Below are positions 63,593 to 64,000 of a stretch of 64,000 bases of DNA, piece by piece. Within the stretch, counting starts at the first letter, position 1. Each line of letters begins with the position of its first letter. Source of the stretch: Elainellaceae cyanobacterium (GTDB lineage: Bacteria; Cyanobacteriota; Cyanobacteriia; CAKZMO01); the NCBI GenBank assembly GCA_050330955.1, contig JBHJHJ010000084.1, forward strand, positions 323 through 64,322, given 5' to 3'. A program made the position numbers and the translations under genes. Under the pieces are notes generated by a model, which saw only the letters and a list, made by a program, of their open reading frames with translations, was not told the DNA's origin and made no database searches.

Positions 63593-64000
63593 CTAGCTAC
63601 GGCGCGATCGCACCCACAGCGAGAGCCCCCCTAAACCCAGCAGTCCCAGCCCCCCCGACAGTGGATTTTGGTCAACGCCAGACAGCCACTGGGGCACCCC
63701 GTCCGCGTAGGTGACTAAATTCCCGACGGCGATCAAATAGTAGCCCCACACGAGCCCCCCGTGCAGACCAATGGCCATGCCCAACCGTCCCCGACAGCCG
63801 CGCCGCGCCCACACAAGTATCAGCCCCAGCAGCACCAGACCTGGAAACTGAGGCGCAGTACGAACAATTTCGCCCACCGGCTTGATAAAGTGCAGGGCGG
63901 CAAAGGTCAGGCTGCTGCCCCACAGCGCCGTTCGGCGGGAGTAGTCTTCCTCCAGCTCCCCCAGCAGCCAGCCGCGAAACACCAGCTCCTCTCCTAAGGC
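63593..64000 (-). CDS. CPBP-family intramembrane protease (CAAX protease-like), 5'-truncated by the window edge
   Basis: The frame is open to the window end and encodes GEELVFRGWLLG (EExxxR motif) and LTFAALH. Confidence 0.75.
   Translation of the reverse strand, partial: ALGEELVFRGWLLGELEEDYSRRTALWGSSLTFAALHFIKPVGEIVRTAPQFPGLVLLGLILVWARRGCRGRLGMAIGLHGGLVWGYYLIAVGNLVTYADGVPQWLSGVDQNPLSGGLGLLGLGGLSLWVRSRRS

Noticed and set aside
1-64000. tRNA, rRNA, tmRNA and RNase P genes, and transposase or integrase genes.
   Set aside because: I scanned for T-loop GGTTCGAAT-type signatures, rRNA-like conserved blocks, and DDE or tyrosine-recombinase motifs in the ORF translations, and found none.

Overview
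This window looks like a chromosomal segment from a cyanobacterium. The octamer GCGATCGC (HIP1) recurs dozens of times, and several gene families are typical of the group: a Psb32/TPM protein, DUF3611, DUF928, a 4-Cys-prefix Ser/Thr kinase with WD40 repeats, and an OprB-type porin. I support about 47 protein-coding genes. I saw no rRNA, tRNA, CRISPR array, transposase or integrase. All domain calls were made by eye from motifs in the supplied translations, and no searches were run.

Ordinary content:
- Three orphan sensor histidine kinases.
- surE, ppa and ispD.
- A COG0523 zinc chaperone with a His-rich insert.
- A five-gene minus-strand run, rfbC-rfbD-rfbA-rfbB plus an epimerase.
- An M28 peptidase, an MBL hydrolase, a 4HBT thioesterase, a GT9 glycosyltransferase, a YpfJ-type metallopeptidase and a partial CPBP protease.

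Items worth a second look:
1. 14.6-21.4 kb holds a membrane protein with three N-terminal TIR modules fused to a CHASE2 ectodomain and no C-terminal output. It is followed 39 nt later by a signal-peptide-bearing TPR-CHAT (caspase-fold) protein and, convergently, by a secreted DUF928 protein. I read this as a candidate envelope-sensing module with NADase and protease effectors, and it is the best candidate for an undescribed system.
2. At 32.05 kb, an A10 run containing the dnaX-type heptamer A AAA AAG sits at the stop codon of an acidic coiled-coil protein. The -1 frame stays open into an Hsp70/actin-like ATPase whose conserved N-terminal GLDIGT motif lies upstream of any canonical start codon.
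3. Two arrays of degenerate 21-nt tandem repeats (12 and 7 units) flank a HIP1-free gene for a signal-peptide-bearing WD40 propeller. Next to them is a 695-aa orphan protein with an XRE-type HTH at its extreme C-terminus.
4. A cellulose synthase cluster is ordered porin-TPR-bcsZ-bcsB-bcsA. The BcsC function appears to be split between an OprB-like barrel and a separate TPR protein, and BcsA carries a second, degenerate PilZ-like domain.
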